NCBI GenBank assembly: GCA_030619095.1
Contig: JAUXCB010000001.1
Location: 1 to 32,134 of the forward strand
Reading direction: 5' to 3'
Origin: Verrucomicrobiota bacterium
GTDB lineage: Bacteria; Verrucomicrobiota; Kiritimatiellia; Kiritimatiellales; Tichowtungiaceae
DNA: 32,134 nt
A program made the position numbers and the translations under genes. Below the pieces are notes generated by a model. That model saw only the letters and a program-made list of their open reading frames with translations, did not search any database and was not told where the DNA came from. Below, in pieces: positions 1 to 8,795 of the stretch; the first letter of the stretch is position 1; each line of letters begins with the position of its first letter.

Positions 1-138
1 GATGGCATCCGCCCCCGCCTCAGCCGCCGCGCGGATGGTTTCTTTTGCCTTTTCGAGAGACCCGCCGTGGTTGGCTGAAAGTTCCGCCACCACATAAACC
101 GGCTGCCCGGCCCCAATTTTCTTTTTGTTAATTTCCAT
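1..138 (-). CDS. N-terminal part of a NeuB/PseI-family nonulosonic acid synthase (runs off the left edge of the window)
   Basis: Manual translation from ATG at 138: MEINKKKIGAGQPVYVVAELSANHGGSLEKAKETIRAAAEAGADAI. The AELSANH-G and A-GADAI motifs fit NeuB/PseI, and it lies in a polysaccharide cluster. Confidence 0.85.
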   Translation of the reverse strand, partial: MEINKKKIGAGQPVYVVAELSANHGGSLEKAKETIRAAAEAGADAI

Positions 139-150
139 TTTTGTCCCTTT

Positions 151-172
151 CGGCTCACAGAGCCGACTCTAC
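151..172 (-). repeat. GTAG-type REP-like palindrome
   Basis: Minus strand reads GTAGAGTCGGCTCTGTGAGCCG, with stem CGGCTC-aca-GAGCCG. Related copies at 2490-2516 and 2564-2581. Confidence 0.55.
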
Positions 173-175
173 ATT

Positions 176-305
176 TTCCAATGGTTGGAAACCGGCCCGA
201 AGAGTCAGGCTTGCAGATGATCCGGCCTGCATTATTTTTCCAAACCTTGGAAACTTTTCTTCCAGATAGTGGAACTTTTTTCCTCATGTTTTCCAAGCAT
301 TGGAA
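176..305. repeat. Cluster of four TTCCA-N5-TGGAA palindromes
   Basis: Copies at 176-190, 238-252, 260-274 and 291-305. The motif recurs elsewhere in the window. Confidence 0.8.
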
Positions 306-327
306 TTTCTACCACCCGTTCACTGCG

Positions 328-714
328 TTAAACAACCTGCACCGATTCCCCGTATTCTCCCAACAACCGATCATGTGTCAACAAAACCATCGGCTCAGAT
401 CGCGCCTGCGCAATCAGTATCCGGTCAAATGGATCCTTGTGATGGTGTGGCAGATTTTCAACACCCACAGCATGAGCCGACTTCACCGGCAGTTCAATGT
501 ATCCGGCCTCGCGAAGATAGCCAACCAACTCCACCCCGGAAACCGGCATTTGAGCGGACGACAGCGAATGCTTGATTGAAACCTCCCAGACCGATGCCGC
601 ACTGAAATAGATCTGATTGGTTTCGTCCGAAATCAGCTGACGGGCTTTCTCCGGCAACTGCGGGCTGTCGGTCAGAGCCCACAGAATGATATGCGTATCC
701 AGCAGGATTCTCAT
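328..714 (-). CDS. vapC: PIN-domain (VapC-like) toxin
   Basis: MRILLDTHIILW, SAASVWEVSIK, HKDPFDRILIAQA and LLTHD are PIN motifs. Overlaps the upstream antitoxin by 4 bp. Confidence 0.92.
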   Translation of the reverse strand: MRILLDTHIILWALTDSPQLPEKARQLISDETNQIYFSAASVWEVSIKHSLSSAQMPVSGVELVGYLREAGYIELPVKSAHAVGVENLPHHHKDPFDRILIAQARSEPMVLLTHDRLLGEYGESVQVV

Positions 715-962
715 TTTTTGTTCATTCCTGCCGAAAACAAGGCCTCAATCTCCGAATTGCACCCATCAATGTCGTCGGGAGCTTTAAAGCGCCCGAGCGC
801 CACGCCGATACGTTTGGCTGTTCCGGCTTCGGAAACCGGAATGATTTTCACTACCGGCTTGCCGTGCCGCGAGACAATAATGGCATCTTCAATTCCCGAG
901 ACAATGTCCTGAACAATCCGGGACAAGTGCGTTTTTGCATCAAAAAGACTGACCGTATGCAT
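711..962 (-). CDS. Phd/YefM-family antitoxin
   Basis: VSLFDAKTHLSRIV...IIVSRHGKPVVKIIP is the Phd signature. GGAGG RBS upstream, coupled to the PIN gene. Confidence 0.9.
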   Translation of the reverse strand: MHTVSLFDAKTHLSRIVQDIVSGIEDAIIVSRHGKPVVKIIPVSEAGTAKRIGVALGRFKAPDDIDGCNSEIEALFSAGMNKK

Positions 963-982
963 ATTTCATCCTCCAGAAAATA

Positions 983-1002
983 TAGTTAGACCAAACTAGT
1001 TT
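983..1002. promoter_or_regulatory. Putative TA autoregulatory operator
   Basis: TAGTT-N6-AACTA (983-998) overlapping the palindrome AAACTAGTTT (993-1002), just upstream of the antitoxin RBS. Confidence 0.4.
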
Positions 1003-1018
1003 ATTTTCAAGAACCATT

Positions 1019-1690
1019 TTATGCAATTTCCCAAATCGTTTCGAACGCTTCGGCGGCTTTCAGGCCGACGGCGCTTCCGCGGGTGAGAGCCATCGCACGC
1101 AGAACCTCCGGTGAGCGCGGGTGCGGAGCCGGACGGCTTTCCGACTCATACGCGGTCATCGCCTCGATTTTTTTCTCTATAAAATCGGAAATATCCACGA
1201 AGAGAGAGGGGCGGAAGACCGGATCGAATTTCTGGAATGCCCATTCGGTGGAAGAGGCGACTTCGTAGGCGTAGAGTGCGCGAATGCCCTGCCCCTCCAT
1301 CGGGCGCACCGCCGTCATGACAGCCCGAAAGGTGATCTGATGATCCACATTCAGATCGCCTCCATGCTGGGTAAAAACGATTTCGGGCTGCACCTCGTCG
1401 ACGACGGCTTCGATCTGTTTGATCACATCCAGCAGCGGAATCAAATCGAATTGATTGTCCGGCAGGGATGCGAAGCGGACGTTCACCGCGCCCATCACCT
1501 CTGCTGCTTTGCGGGCATCCGCACGGAGAATCTCCACTTCCGCACCCGTGGCTCCATCGCGCGAGGTTCCCCCTTCCCCGAGGATCAGGATCTCCACCTG
1601 CTTTCCCTCGGCGGCCATTTTGGCAATGGTGCCTCCGCAACCGAGAACTTCATCATCCGGATGAGCTACTATCACAATAATTTTTGACAT
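1019..1690 (-). CDS. PIG-L/LmbE-family deacetylase
   Basis: AHPDDE and DLNVDH motifs. Start reassigned to ATG at 1690 (MSKIIVIVAHPDDE) with a GGAGG RBS. The longer ORF in the track overlaps cysQ. Confidence 0.9.
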   Translation of the reverse strand: MSKIIVIVAHPDDEVLGCGGTIAKMAAEGKQVEILILGEGGTSRDGATGAEVEILRADARKAAEVMGAVNVRFASLPDNQFDLIPLLDVIKQIEAVVDEVQPEIVFTQHGGDLNVDHQITFRAVMTAVRPMEGQGIRALYAYEVASSTEWAFQKFDPVFRPSLFVDISDFIEKKIEAMTAYESESRPAPHPRSPEVLRAMALTRGSAVGLKAAEAFETIWEIA

Positions 1691-1719
1691 ATTGACCTCC
1701 AGTGGAAACGGAGTATGAA

Positions 1720-2487
1720 CTATGAATGATGAAGGATGGAAGAGGTTTTTTGACAAAGGGCCGGATCGCGTGCGGCGATCAAGCCGGGTTTTTCTAGATT
1801 TCCACTGAATGGATACGGCTGTCCATCCACGGTGGTGAAGGTTCCACCCGCCTCTTGAAGGATCAGTGCCGGGGCGCCGACATCCCAGTCGCGCACGACA
1901 ATATCTTTGAAAAAGAGGTCGGCCGAGCCATCTGCCACCCGACAGATTTTCAGGGAAATACTGCCGGATTCCAGATAACCGGTGCACGAGAGCTCTTTCA
2001 TCATGCGGACGGCGGTTCCTTTCGGTTCGGGATAGTTGTCCACCAAAATCAAACGGTTTTCGTCTGTAGAAACATGGATCGGCTCCCCGTTGCAAAAGGC
2101 TCCTCTGCCTTTCTCTGCCGAGTAGAGCCGGTCGAACACGGGGGCATAAACCGATGCCAGTACGGGTTCGCCGTTTTCCATCAGAGCAGCCTGCGTAACA
2201 AACCCGTCAAACCCGCCCGCGAGGCTGGCGGTTCCGTCGATGGGGTCGATCAGCCAATAGCAGTCAGGGCGCGGGTCGATATGCGAGGCAGGATCTTCTT
2301 CGCTGAGAATCGGAATGTCCAGCAACCCGGTCAGTGCAGTGGAAAGTGCCTGATGCGCCTCGCGGTCGGCCTCGGTTTTGAGCTGGGCTCCCTGCCACTC
2401 GCCGCCGGCATTTCCGCGCCAGCGCAACAGGTCTTCGCCCACTTTTTTTAGAATACTTTTCAGTTGATTTATCACTTCATCCCTCAT
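1720..2487 (-). CDS. Inositol monophosphatase/CysQ-family phosphatase
   Basis: ILSEE, WLIDPIDGT and WDVGAPALILQEAGG motifs. Confidence 0.9.
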   Translation of the reverse strand: MRDEVINQLKSILKKVGEDLLRWRGNAGGEWQGAQLKTEADREAHQALSTALTGLLDIPILSEEDPASHIDPRPDCYWLIDPIDGTASLAGGFDGFVTQAALMENGEPVLASVYAPVFDRLYSAEKGRGAFCNGEPIHVSTDENRLILVDNYPEPKGTAVRMMKELSCTGYLESGSISLKICRVADGSADLFFKDIVVRDWDVGAPALILQEAGGTFTTVDGQPYPFSGNLEKPGLIAARDPALCQKTSSILHHS

Positions 2488-2489
2488 AG

Positions 2490-2516
2490 CGGCTCACTCG
2501 GCGAGTTCGCCCTACC
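2490..2516 (-). repeat. GTAG-type REP-like element
   Basis: Minus strand reads GGTAGGGCGAACTCGCCGAGTGAGCCG, with the same GTAG...GAGCCG ends as 151-172. Confidence 0.55.
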
Positions 2517-2529
2517 CTCTCCATCGAAA

Positions 2530-2560
2530 TTCGATATTCCTTGTTCGATATTCATTATTC
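2530..2560. repeat. Degenerate heptamer tandem array (TTCNNNN)n
   Basis: ttcgata-ttccttg-ttcgata-ttcatta-ttc. Confidence 0.65.
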
Positions 2561-2577
2561 AAGCGGCTCTGCCGCGC

Positions 2578-3525
2578 CTACCAATAGCACCCTTCTTCGA
2601 CATTTTGAAAAGACTGCGGTGTTTCAGAGGAGAGAGGGCGAACCCAGTGTTCGTTATACAGCTCGCTGATTTCCGGTCGGCTGTCCCAGCGCGCGCCCTT
2701 GATTCCAAAAAGGAGCTGCAACATTCCACCCATGTGGACCGCCTGTTTTCCAAGATCCTTGATGTGCGCCGCCAGCGGCAGGCCGTAGGCTCCAGCCCCG
2801 ATCAACGCGATATCGAAATCTGTCGCGGCGACCTGCGTCTTCATCGCCTCCAGCGCGTCGGCCCAGCAGGAAAATTCAACCGTGCCGCCCGCCGCGGATT
2901 GCACGGCCCTGACCGTTTTTAACTCAAAGTCCGGAAGAACATCACGACCGGGGAAAAGAAGATCGCGTTTCAAATACTGCTTCTGAATGCTCTCTTCAAA
3001 GGGATGAATGACCAACACCTTTTTTCCTTTGAGCACTGCGGACCATGGCTCCGACTGATCATAGGGATCGATTGCATGCAATGGAATAAGAGTGGCGGTC
3101 GGGCACTGCTCACGAAACAGCGTTTCTTCGAGCCGCAACGAATTCGACCAGATGCCGAGCACATCGATGCGGGCACAGGCCTTGAGGGTGATCTGAGCAA
3201 AATAATCGAGTCCTTCATCCGTCGCCGGAAACACCCCGGCATTGTTCTGAGCCTGAAATCGAATTTTTTTGGTGTAGTCCGGCGGCACACCGGTCAACAA
3301 ACTGGTGATCCGCCGGGTCGGAGCATTTCGCAGGCGCTGGCGGTGGGCATTGAGCACGTTCATCTCGCATGTGCTGAAGCGCGAAACCATCAGCGGATCG
3401 CTCCCGGAAATCCGTTCCTGAAGAAATAGGGAAGCGGCCTGTGGCACCAGAACAGGCACTCGACGGAACTGGCGGTCATGCCGTCGCTTTCGAAAACGGG
3501 TCAGTGCCTGTTTATGCAAGGCCAT
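2578..3525 (-). CDS. Polysaccharide-cluster protein, possibly GT-D-fold glycosyltransferase-like
   Basis: PWSAVLKGKKVLVIHPF and FDIALIGAGAYGLPLAAHIKDLGKQAVHMGG match proteins common in LPS/EPS loci. Exact activity unknown. Confidence 0.65.
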   Translation of the reverse strand: MALHKQALTRFRKRRHDRQFRRVPVLVPQAASLFLQERISGSDPLMVSRFSTCEMNVLNAHRQRLRNAPTRRITSLLTGVPPDYTKKIRFQAQNNAGVFPATDEGLDYFAQITLKACARIDVLGIWSNSLRLEETLFREQCPTATLIPLHAIDPYDQSEPWSAVLKGKKVLVIHPFEESIQKQYLKRDLLFPGRDVLPDFELKTVRAVQSAAGGTVEFSCWADALEAMKTQVAATDFDIALIGAGAYGLPLAAHIKDLGKQAVHMGGMLQLLFGIKGARWDSRPEISELYNEHWVRPLSSETPQSFQNVEEGCYW

Positions 3526-3543
3526 GAGGTTCTCTCTTCCCGC

Positions 3544-4338
3544 TTACTGATTTTCCATGAGTGTATTGTAGCGGTGCACCACTTCGTGAATATCCGCCGC
3601 ATCATACTGTTCAATGCCGTGGTCGAGAATGATGCCGCGGTTGCACAGCGCGGAGACCGCGTGCGCATTGTGGCTGACAAACAGAACCGTGCGGCCTTCT
3701 TTCTCGCTGATGTCTCTCATTTTATTGAGACATTTGGCCTGGAACTTGGCATCGCCGACCGCGATCACTTCGTCAGCAATCAGAATATCGGAATCCAAAT
3801 TGGCGGCGACCGCGAAGGCGAGCCGCACAAACATGCCGCTGGAAAAGCGCTTCACCGGCGTGTCGATAAACTCCGGCAGACCGGAAAACTCGACAATCTC
3901 ATCAAATTTGGCGGTGATCTCATTTTTCTTCATTCCGAGAATCGCCCCGTTGAGATAGATGTTCTCGCGTCCGGTCAGTTCGGGGTGGAAGCCGGTGCCG
4001 ACCTCAAGCAGGCTGGCGACCCGCCCGCGGATGCGGATGCGCCCCTCGGTCGGTGCGGTGACACGAGACATGATTTTCAGCAGGGTCGACTTGCCGGCAC
4101 CGTTGACCCCCATAATGGCCAACCGCTCCCCTTTTTTGACCTCGAAGTTCACGTTACGCAAAGCCCAGAAGCGGTCACGACGACCGACATTGGACTCCTC
4201 GCCGACACGCACGTTGGGATCTTCTTTACCGCGCTTGGTGGCCCACCAACTTCGCATATCACGGGCAAGGCTCATGTTATTGATCACCCCATACCGGTAC
4301 TGCTTAGAGATGCCTTCTACGCTAACGACTGTGCTCAT
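3544..4338 (-). CDS. wzt: Polysaccharide ABC exporter ATP-binding subunit (Wzt-like, no C-terminal binding domain)
   Basis: GVNGAGKST Walker A, LEVGTGFHPELTGRENI, FSSGM signature and ILIADE Walker B. Confidence 0.92.
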   Translation of the reverse strand: MSTVVSVEGISKQYRYGVINNMSLARDMRSWWATKRGKEDPNVRVGEESNVGRRDRFWALRNVNFEVKKGERLAIMGVNGAGKSTLLKIMSRVTAPTEGRIRIRGRVASLLEVGTGFHPELTGRENIYLNGAILGMKKNEITAKFDEIVEFSGLPEFIDTPVKRFSSGMFVRLAFAVAANLDSDILIADEVIAVGDAKFQAKCLNKMRDISEKEGRTVLFVSHNAHAVSALCNRGIILDHGIEQYDAADIHEVVHRYNTLMENQ

Positions 4339-4347
4339 AAAACTCCC

Positions 4348-5214
4348 TTAAATAACGTCAATGAATGTGCGTTCGTTACGGTTGAAAATAATAATTCCGA
4401 GCAAAAGTATAACGACCGATAGGATCAGGCTGACCAGCCAGGCCCCGATCGGCTGCGGCCCCTCGCCGGTCATTGCATAGCGGAACATGGCCACCACCGG
4501 GATAACAGGATTGGCATAAATAAGCCATCCATAGCCGCGGTCAACAAACTCCGAAAGCGGGATGATCACAGCGGAACAATACATCCACAGTTGCATCCCG
4601 AACGATAGCAACTGCTTGAGGTCCCGATACTTGGTGGTCAGGGAAGAAACGATCACCCCGCATCCGACACCCAGCGCACCGAGCTGAAACAGAAACACCG
4701 GAATCGCCAGCAGCCAGAGGTTCGGGTGCATCACGGCCCCCTGAACCACATAATAAAAAAAGAAAAAAACCAGTATCGAAAACTGAATCAGCACTTTCAG
4801 CCCTTCCATGGCCACATAGCTGATCGGAACGGCCAACCGCGGAAAGTAGATTTTACGAAACAGCTGGGCATTCGAGTTGAACGTGTTGGCGCATTTCGTT
4901 AGGCAATGGGAAAAAAATCCCCAGAGCATGGTGCCGGAAAAGTAAAACAGCATCTGCGGGACACGATCCGTGCCGAGCTTGGCGATATTCCCGAACACAA
5001 AACTCCAAACCATCGTGGTCATAACGGGCTGGATGAAAAACCACAGCGGCCCGACAACCGTCTGCTTGTAGGCAGAGACAAAATCGCGGCGGATCAACAG
5101 GCCCAGTAGATCACGATACCGGTAGAGTTCCCCAAACCGGAAATCGAGCAGTTTGTCTGGAGGCTCAATGATGAGATCCCATGTGTCATCCGGCTGTTTA
5201 TTTGTCTCGCTCAC
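4348..5214 (-). CDS. wzm: Polysaccharide ABC exporter permease (Wzm-like)
   Basis: YRDLLGLLIRRDFVSAYKQTVVGPLW and KIYFPRL, with several TM segments. Start likely GTG at 5214 after GGAG (the track uses TTG at 5226). Confidence 0.9.
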   Translation of the reverse strand: MSETNKQPDDTWDLIIEPPDKLLDFRFGELYRYRDLLGLLIRRDFVSAYKQTVVGPLWFFIQPVMTTMVWSFVFGNIAKLGTDRVPQMLFYFSGTMLWGFFSHCLTKCANTFNSNAQLFRKIYFPRLAVPISYVAMEGLKVLIQFSILVFFFFYYVVQGAVMHPNLWLLAIPVFLFQLGALGVGCGVIVSSLTTKYRDLKQLLSFGMQLWMYCSAVIIPLSEFVDRGYGWLIYANPVIPVVAMFRYAMTGEGPQPIGAWLVSLILSVVILLLGIIIFNRNERTFIDVI

Positions 5215-5284
5215 GATGTCTCCCAAGTGGTTAAGAACTCTATCTATACTTTATTGGATACGCAGGTTTCAACCTCAGAACCCA

Positions 5285-6238
5285 TCAAAGGCAATCCGCC
5301 CGCCCCAGCAGCTTTTGTTTCATCCGCCACAAGCGCTTGCGCAGGCGATATCGCCAGCACAGCTCCTTGCGCATTTTGACTCCCGGATAGACATGATCAA
5401 ACGTGTACTGATCTGCCTCTCGGTCGCGAACCACATCCGCCGGGTGCGTCAAAAAGCCGATGGACTCGGCCGGTCGACTCGATATCCAGCACGCCCCCTC
5501 TCCTTTGGTATTGGTTCCGTCCACCCCAAAGCCGATATTAGCGACCAAATTGACATTTGGCAAAATAGTCAGGCCACGGTTCATCCAACAGGTCATCGTC
5601 CAGATATAAGCCCAACTGTTCGGGGTTCCTTCCGTATAGAGCGTTTCAAAAATAGTGTGCCAATACGTCACCTCCACCGGATCATCCAGAATCTCATCCA
5701 GACAACAGGCATCCCGAAACGCGGGCCAGCCAGCCATGTCGTGATCATAACACTGCCATGCCCGCCGCCAAGTCGCCCAGCCCCAGCCATGATTATAGTC
5801 CGAAAAATAATAGCTGGCAACCCCGCGTTTCTGCCCGCGCCGAAAATTATCACCGCTTACACACCAGATGCGCTCATCCCCCCGGTAGCGATCCAGCAGC
5901 TCATCGCAATAGTCGAAAAACGAAGGATCCGGCAAGCAGTCATCCTCAAGAATAATGGCTGTCTCAACCTGCTCAAACACCCAGTCCAGCCCGCCGCTGA
6001 TCCGTGCACGGGTGCCCATGTTCTCCTCGGAATAATGACGGAACACCTCGCAGTCCCAGTCGACAGAATCGGTCACCGCGCGGGCTTGGTCGCAACGCTC
6101 TGCCTCCTCCGCACCGCGCGGGCCGTCGGCGATCACAAACAGCATTTCTGGTTGTGCTTCGCGAATCCGCTCAAAGACCTTCTGCGTCAGGTCAGGCCGA
6201 CGAAACACAACAAACACAACGGGCGTTTTACAAGACAT
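5285..6238 (-). CDS. GT-A-fold glycosyltransferase-like protein (HlpA-like family)
   Basis: TPVVFVVFRRPD, ADGPR, IILEDDCLP (DXD-like), WGWATWRRAW and NLVANIGFG motifs. Confidence 0.82.
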   Translation of the reverse strand: MSCKTPVVFVVFRRPDLTQKVFERIREAQPEMLFVIADGPRGAEEAERCDQARAVTDSVDWDCEVFRHYSEENMGTRARISGGLDWVFEQVETAIILEDDCLPDPSFFDYCDELLDRYRGDERIWCVSGDNFRRGQKRGVASYYFSDYNHGWGWATWRRAWQCYDHDMAGWPAFRDACCLDEILDDPVEVTYWHTIFETLYTEGTPNSWAYIWTMTCWMNRGLTILPNVNLVANIGFGVDGTNTKGEGACWISSRPAESIGFLTHPADVVRDREADQYTFDHVYPGVKMRKELCWRYRLRKRLWRMKQKLLGRADCL

Positions 6239-6285
6239 AGCAGGCTTTCAACAGGATTTATAAACCCTCAGATAAATCGATGGAG

Positions 6286-6882
6286 TCAGGCGGCGGGTTT
6301 GAGTTTTGCCCGCAGCCATGCTTTAACTTTTTTCTTTCTGTATTTGGATCCCATCTTGAGAGCTTTTGAAATTTCATACGCCGCAACACCCATCGAAGGA
6401 ATGTGAATTGAGACCGTTCCGGGTTCCGGACAAGGCAGGGTGTTAAACACTTCCACGATCTGATCCCGGAACCGTTCATAGTAAGGGCGGCGGGCTTCTC
6501 TTTCCAGATATCCTGCCGTGACCGTCCAGGGGTTGGTGTTGATTTCCCAAACCTGAACCTCGCCATCTTTTACTCCGTAATCAACACGCCCGTACTGAAG
6601 TCCGGCGGCTTCGTAGACCTTCATCAATTCCTCGGCATGAGGATTCTCTTGCTGATACGAATTCAGTTCATCATATAAATACGGATTCTCATCCGCAAAG
6701 GTATCGCCCGAAAGCTTTTGCATCCACTTTGTGTCGAAGAAAATACTTCTTGGAATAATTTTATCCCCGACTCGACAAGCCGAATATTTTCGATAAACGC
6801 CTTTTGCATCCGATATATCGCAAAACTCCACAAACTTTTCCATCGTGTAGGTGTGTTCAACGGTGGCAAAATAATAAATCAT
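6286..6882 (-). CDS. Hypothetical protein with an ATP-grasp-like C-terminal motif, possibly internally deleted
   Basis: GLQYGRVDYGVKDGEVQVWEINTNP resembles the ATP-grasp D...E-x-N end, but 198 aa is short for the fold. Confidence 0.55.
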   Translation of the reverse strand: MIYYFATVEHTYTMEKFVEFCDISDAKGVYRKYSACRVGDKIIPRSIFFDTKWMQKLSGDTFADENPYLYDELNSYQQENPHAEELMKVYEAAGLQYGRVDYGVKDGEVQVWEINTNPWTVTAGYLEREARRPYYERFRDQIVEVFNTLPCPEPGTVSIHIPSMGVAAYEISKALKMGSKYRKKKVKAWLRAKLKPAA

Positions 6883-6969
6883 ATGGATTTTTTCCTCTGT
6901 TAAAATACTGCAAAAGCTATCACCCGCCCAACGAAATCAAACTCAAACAGCCCCAACCCTTGGAAAGGT

Positions 6970-8610
6970 CTAGGCGAGTGCCGCATTGACGATTTCCTTC
7001 GCTTCGGCTTGGATCTGTTTGAGGTGCGCTTCGCCTTTGAAGCTTTCGGCGTAGATCTTATAGATGTCCTCCGTGCCGGACGGACGGGCGGCAAACCAGC
7101 CGTTCTCCGTACAGACCTTCAGGCCGCCGATGGCCGCGCCGTTGGCCGGCGCATGCGTCAGCTTGGCGGTGATCGGCTCGCCGGCAAGCGTTTCGGCGGT
7201 CACCTGCTCCGGCGAGAGGTCGGCCAGCTTGGCCTTCTCTTCGCGCGAGGCGGCCGCATCGACGCGGGCGTAGACCGGGTTGCCGAATTTGGCGGTCAGT
7301 TCCCGATAGTGCTCGCCCGGGTCTTTTCCGGTGACGGCAAAGATTTCGCAGGCGAGCAGACAAAGGATGATGCCGTCTTTGTCGGTCGTCCAAACAGAGC
7401 CGTCTTTGCGAAGGAACGAGGCACCGGCAGACTCTTCGCCGCCAAAGCCGCACGAGCCGTCGACGAGACCGTTGACGAACCATTTGAAGCCGACCGGCAC
7501 TTCCTGCAGGTCGCGGCCGAGATCGGCGGCGACGCGATCGATCATCGACGAGCTCACCAGAGTCTTTCCAACAGCGGCGTCGTTCCGCCAGCCATCGCGG
7601 TGGGTGTAAAGATAGTTAATGGCTACCGCGAGGTAGTGGTTCGGGTTCATCAGTCCAGCGGACTTCGTAACGATGCCGTGGCGGTCATAGTCGGGGTCGT
7701 TGCCGAAGGCGAGGTCGAAGTCGTCTTTCAAGGCGACGAGGCTGGCCATGGCGTACGGCGAGGAACAATCCATGCGAACCTTGCCATCGTGATCGACGGT
7801 CATGAAGCCAAAGGTTGGATCGACGGTGTCGTTAATGATCGTGAGGTCGATGCCGTACTTTTCGGCAATCGGCTTCCAATAGCGAATGCCCGCGCCGCCC
7901 ATGGCGTCGGCGCAAATCTTGAGGCCGGAGTTGGAAATGGCCTCCATGTCGATCACGTTTTCGAGGTCGTCGACGTAGGGGGTGATGAAGTCGTAAGCGA
8001 CCGTGGTCCCGGCATCAAGCGCATCCGCATAGTAGATCGATTCAACGCCCTCGTTATCGCCGGCCAGCAGCGCGTTAGCGCGGTCAGCAATCCATCCGGT
8101 CACATCGGTGTCGGCCGGGCCGCCGTTCGGCGGGTTGTACTTAAAGCCGCCGTTGTCCGGCGGGTTGTGCGACGGGGTGATGACGACCCCATCGGCGAGG
8201 CCATCGGTGCGGCCCTTGTTGTATTGCAAGATCGCGTGGGAGATTACCGGTGTCGGCGTGTACCCGCCATCCTTATCGATCATTGCGGTCACGCCGTTGG
8301 CGGCGAAAACCTGAAGGGCCGTTTTTTCCGCCGGGGTGGAGAGCGCGTGGGTATCTTTTCCGACGAAGAGCGGGCCGGTGATCCCCTGCTCTGCACGGTA
8401 TTCGCAGATCGCCTGCGAGATCGCCATGATGTGGTCTTCTGTGAAGCTGGCATTCAGCGAGGAACCGCGGTGGCCGGAGGTGCCGAAGGCGACTTTTTGG
8501 TCGGGGTGAGTCACGTCGGGTTGCGTCTCGTAGTACAGGCTGATGAGCTCCGCAATATCGGGCCGTTGTTCGATTGCAACGGGTTTTCCCGCATCTGGGT
8601 GGATCGCCAT
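6970..8610 (-). CDS. pgm: Phosphoglucomutase (alpha-D-glucose-1,6-bisphosphate dependent)
   Basis: [29 protein letters not shown] and RPSGTE motifs. Start at ATG 8610 with an AGGAG RBS. Confidence 0.96.
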   Translation of the reverse strand: MAIHPDAGKPVAIEQRPDIAELISLYYETQPDVTHPDQKVAFGTSGHRGSSLNASFTEDHIMAISQAICEYRAEQGITGPLFVGKDTHALSTPAEKTALQVFAANGVTAMIDKDGGYTPTPVISHAILQYNKGRTDGLADGVVITPSHNPPDNGGFKYNPPNGGPADTDVTGWIADRANALLAGDNEGVESIYYADALDAGTTVAYDFITPYVDDLENVIDMEAISNSGLKICADAMGGAGIRYWKPIAEKYGIDLTIINDTVDPTFGFMTVDHDGKVRMDCSSPYAMASLVALKDDFDLAFGNDPDYDRHGIVTKSAGLMNPNHYLAVAINYLYTHRDGWRNDAAVGKTLVSSSMIDRVAADLGRDLQEVPVGFKWFVNGLVDGSCGFGGEESAGASFLRKDGSVWTTDKDGIILCLLACEIFAVTGKDPGEHYRELTAKFGNPVYARVDAAASREEKAKLADLSPEQVTAETLAGEPITAKLTHAPANGAAIGGLKVCTENGWFAARPSGTEDIYKIYAESFKGEAHLKQIQAEAKEIVNAALA

Positions 8611-8795
8611 AGATTTTCTCCTGTTAGAAAGGGTGAAACCATAGAATAAAGCAACGCCACTTCTCAATGCTATAACGTGAAAACTAAGGCGGGGTGCCAT
8701 AAATGTTTCCTTGGCACCCTGTTCCGATACCCTTCGGCCTTCCGCCGAATGAAAACTGTCTTTCCATCCGCGAAGGGTTGGGTATCCTCTCGATT

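Noticed and set aside
176-305. Possible CRISPR array
   Set aside because: Repeats are only 15 bp with irregular spacing (62, 22 and 31 bp), and no cas operon is present.
1691-2095. N-terminal extension of the 358-aa deacetylase ORF
   Set aside because: Overlaps cysQ in another frame. A clear RBS and family N-terminus lie at 1690.
3478-6406. Long plus-strand ORFs (314 aa and 417 aa)
   Set aside because: Antisense to wzt and the glycosyltransferase, with no independent protein features.
7009-8649. 546-aa plus-strand ORF
   Set aside because: Antisense shadow of pgm caused by strong codon bias, with no recognisable motifs.
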